From NCBI GenBank assembly GCA_964634795.1, contig CAZWLL010000007.1, positions 1 to 60,675 of the forward strand: a stretch of DNA of 60,675 nt, written 5' to 3'. Positions 58,616 through 60,675 of the stretch are shown one piece after another; position 1 is the stretch's first letter, and each line of letters starts with the position of its first letter. The notes under the pieces were generated by a model that saw nothing but the letters and a program-made list of their open reading frames with translations, did not search any database and had not been told where the DNA came from. A program made the translations under genes and the position numbers. This DNA is from an uncultured Ruminococcus sp. GTDB lineage: Bacteria > Bacillota > Clostridia > Oscillospirales > CAG-272.

Positions 58616-60613
58616 ATGGAAAAGGAGAATTTCATCATGCATTTGATGACTGAGTTGAATCGCTTTCAGTTGACTGAAGGCAAAAAGCGTGTGTCTGAGA
58701 CGGCGGTTTCGCAAATGACGAACAATATATATAAAGAAGTGCTTTGTCAGATTCCCGAATATGCCGACGCAAACGAGGACGCGTGGACTCGTATTTCGAT
58801 AATAAGAAACTTTACCGCTGAGATTACAGAGCGTTTAATAGCTTTAGGCGTTTCGCAGAATGAGCTGCAAACAGAAGACGCTTTCGCCGTATGCACGAGA
58901 CAGAATGAGATTTGTGTCTATTCCGAGAGTGAGTGCGGCTTGATTTACGGTGTGTATGAAGTGCTTCAGCAGGCACAAGCCGACAACGGATATGTACAGG
59001 ATGGGATAAGCTTTTCCGCGCCTCAGTGCCCGCTGCGTGCATTGAAGGTATACCTGCCCGGCGAGAAACAGCTGAATCAATTTTATAAGATTGTGGATAT
59101 GCTGCTTTATTACCGCTACAACACGATTATTATCGAGGTCGGAGGTGCTATGGAATATAAGCGCCATCCCGAAATCAACGAAAGCTGGATTGAATATTGT
59201 AACGAAATGCGCCGATATCCCGAACGTGCGGACGAGGTTCAGAATATGTTCGGATGGGTGAAGAATTCCATCCATTTTGAAAACGGTGACGGCGGATTTT
59301 TATCGCAGGATACCGTTCGTGAGCTGGTAAAATACTGTCGTGACCGCGGTATGAATGTGATTCCCGAGGTACCGTGCCTGAGTCATTCCGATTATTTGCT
59401 TAACGCTCATCCCGAGCTTTCGGAACGTCCGTACGATCCGTTTCCCGATACATATTGCCCATCCAATCCCGATTCGTACAAGCTGCTGTTCGAGGTTATG
59501 GACGAGGTAATCGATGTGTTCCGTCCGAATATTATGCAGATAGGTCATGATGAGTTTTATACGTACGGCTTGTGTGAACGCTGCAGACAGCGCTCAGCCG
59601 CAGATATACTTGCGGGAGATATCACACGCATACACGATTATCTTGCGGAGCACGGCATTCGTCTCATGTATTGGTCCGAAAAAATGCTTAATCATATCAC
59701 CAGCTGGGGAGAAGGTTGGGGCGGTGCCGAGCGACATTGCAAATGCTCGAGAAAAACAGTTCACGATATGCCGGCTACTTATACGGCAATCGACAAGATT
59801 CCGAAGGATTGCATTTCTCACAACTGGTATTGGGGCATGCGAGAAAGCCACGATGATGAATTCCTTTCAAGAGGAATGGATATGACATACGGAAACTGGG
59901 ACCCGCGCGGCTTCGTAAATTGGCAGAAACGAGTTGAAGCAGGCGCAATGGGTGCGGCGCCTTCGCATTGGACAACACTTGAAGAGGTTACAATGCAGCG
60001 CAACAGCGTGCTTATAGATATAGTATTCGGCGCATATCTCTTCTGGAAGACTGATTATACAGATGATCGCTACGAGGAGCTGTTTAAAGCAAGCATAGAA
60101 GAGCTTTATCTGTACCACAACCGTAAAATTATGGACGGACCGCATTTCGAGTTTAAGCATATGACTACCATTTGGCGTAAACATATCTACATTACAAGCG
60201 CACCGATGCTGCTTGATCGTGATACGGTAGGTAAATATATTATATCCTACAGAAGCGGACGTACACTGGAGATTCCCATAATATACGGTGTCAATATCAT
60301 GAACCTGAACAGAAATTGGACACGCGAACATGATACGGAACTCGATTGCTATGATGTGGATCAGTCACTCGCGGAGGTTACCGCCACGACCTTGCCGGAA
60401 CTGCAGCCTGACGGATTGACGCAATTCCGTTTTGTCGCTGCAAATCCTTATCCCGATGATCAGGTAACGGGTGTTCAGGTTGTGAAGACGGTTGAGGACA
60501 ACGGTGATATTTTCCTGACCGAGTTTAATGTTTGCGGGTCTTACGGTGCCAGCGAAAAGATTCGTGAATGCTGTGATGCGGAAAGCAGCCGCCTGATTTC
60601 TCCGGTTATTTAA
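58616..60613 (+). CDS. GH20-like beta-N-acetylhexosaminidase (no obvious signal peptide)
   Basis: FSAPQCPLRALK, RYNTIIIE, VIPEVPCLSH, MQIGHDE catalytic DE pair; C-terminal beta domain. Confidence 0.8.
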   Translation: MEKENFIMHLMTELNRFQLTEGKKRVSETAVSQMTNNIYKEVLCQIPEYADANEDAWTRISIIRNFTAEITERLIALGVSQNELQTEDAFAVCTRQNEICVYSESECGLIYGVYEVLQQAQADNGYVQDGISFSAPQCPLRALKVYLPGEKQLNQFYKIVDMLLYYRYNTIIIEVGGAMEYKRHPEINESWIEYCNEMRRYPERADEVQNMFGWVKNSIHFENGDGGFLSQDTVRELVKYCRDRGMNVIPEVPCLSHSDYLLNAHPELSERPYDPFPDTYCPSNPDSYKLLFEVMDEVIDVFRPNIMQIGHDEFYTYGLCERCRQRSAADILAGDITRIHDYLAEHGIRLMYWSEKMLNHITSWGEGWGGAERHCKCSRKTVHDMPATYTAIDKIPKDCISHNWYWGMRESHDDEFLSRGMDMTYGNWDPRGFVNWQKRVEAGAMGAAPSHWTTLEEVTMQRNSVLIDIVFGAYLFWKTDYTDDRYEELFKASIEELYLYHNRKIMDGPHFEFKHMTTIWRKHIYITSAPMLLDRDTVGKYIISYRSGRTLEIPIIYGVNIMNLNRNWTREHDTELDCYDVDQSLAEVTATTLPELQPDGLTQFRFVAANPYPDDQVTGVQVVKTVEDNGDIFLTEFNVCGSYGASEKIRECCDAESSRLISPVI

Positions 60614-60622
60614 TCGCACAGT

Positions 60623-60675
60623 GAGTGGGAATAATCTTCAGTCGAGTAGGCGAGATAACCATCCCACTCTCGAGA
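60623..60675 (+). repeat. Structured element related to 3702-3883 and 53330-53377, possibly cut by the window end
   Basis: GAGTGGGA-ATAATCTTCAG-N10-GAGATAA-CCA-TCCCACTC-TCGAGA. Confidence 0.6.

Overview
A 60.7-kb chromosomal segment from a Firmicute, probably a gut Clostridia/Oscillospiraceae-like organism (inferred from gene order and consensus sigmaA promoters). It is mostly core genome: yajC, ilvE, infC-rpmI-rplT with L20 leader, dprA-topA-trmFO-plsX-rnc-radical SAM-smc-ftsY-rdgB-yhbY-nadD-yqeK-LCP-rsfS-leuS, rpsU, coaE, prfA-sua5, an unpartnered gyrA/parC-like gene, trmB, nfnAB and tRNA-Thr(CGT). Interspersed are glycan genes: a secreted GH20 with a CBM32-like domain and Cys/His tandem repeats running off the left edge, a GH125, a phosphodiester glycosidase with an (ET)19 tract, and a DUF4965-like gene plus a second GH20 at the right edge. 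No integrase, transposase, CRISPR array, prophage or defence gene was recognised. The most unusual signal is non-coding: four related short structured elements (3702-3784 and 3801-3883 on minus; 53330-53377 and 60623-60675 on plus). They share an ATAA-(T/G)CTT(C/A)AG...GAG(G)ATAA-type core inside a closing stem whose sequence changes while pairing is kept, and all lie downstream of a gene in its sense orientation. Family assignments are from motif recognition by eye, not database searches.
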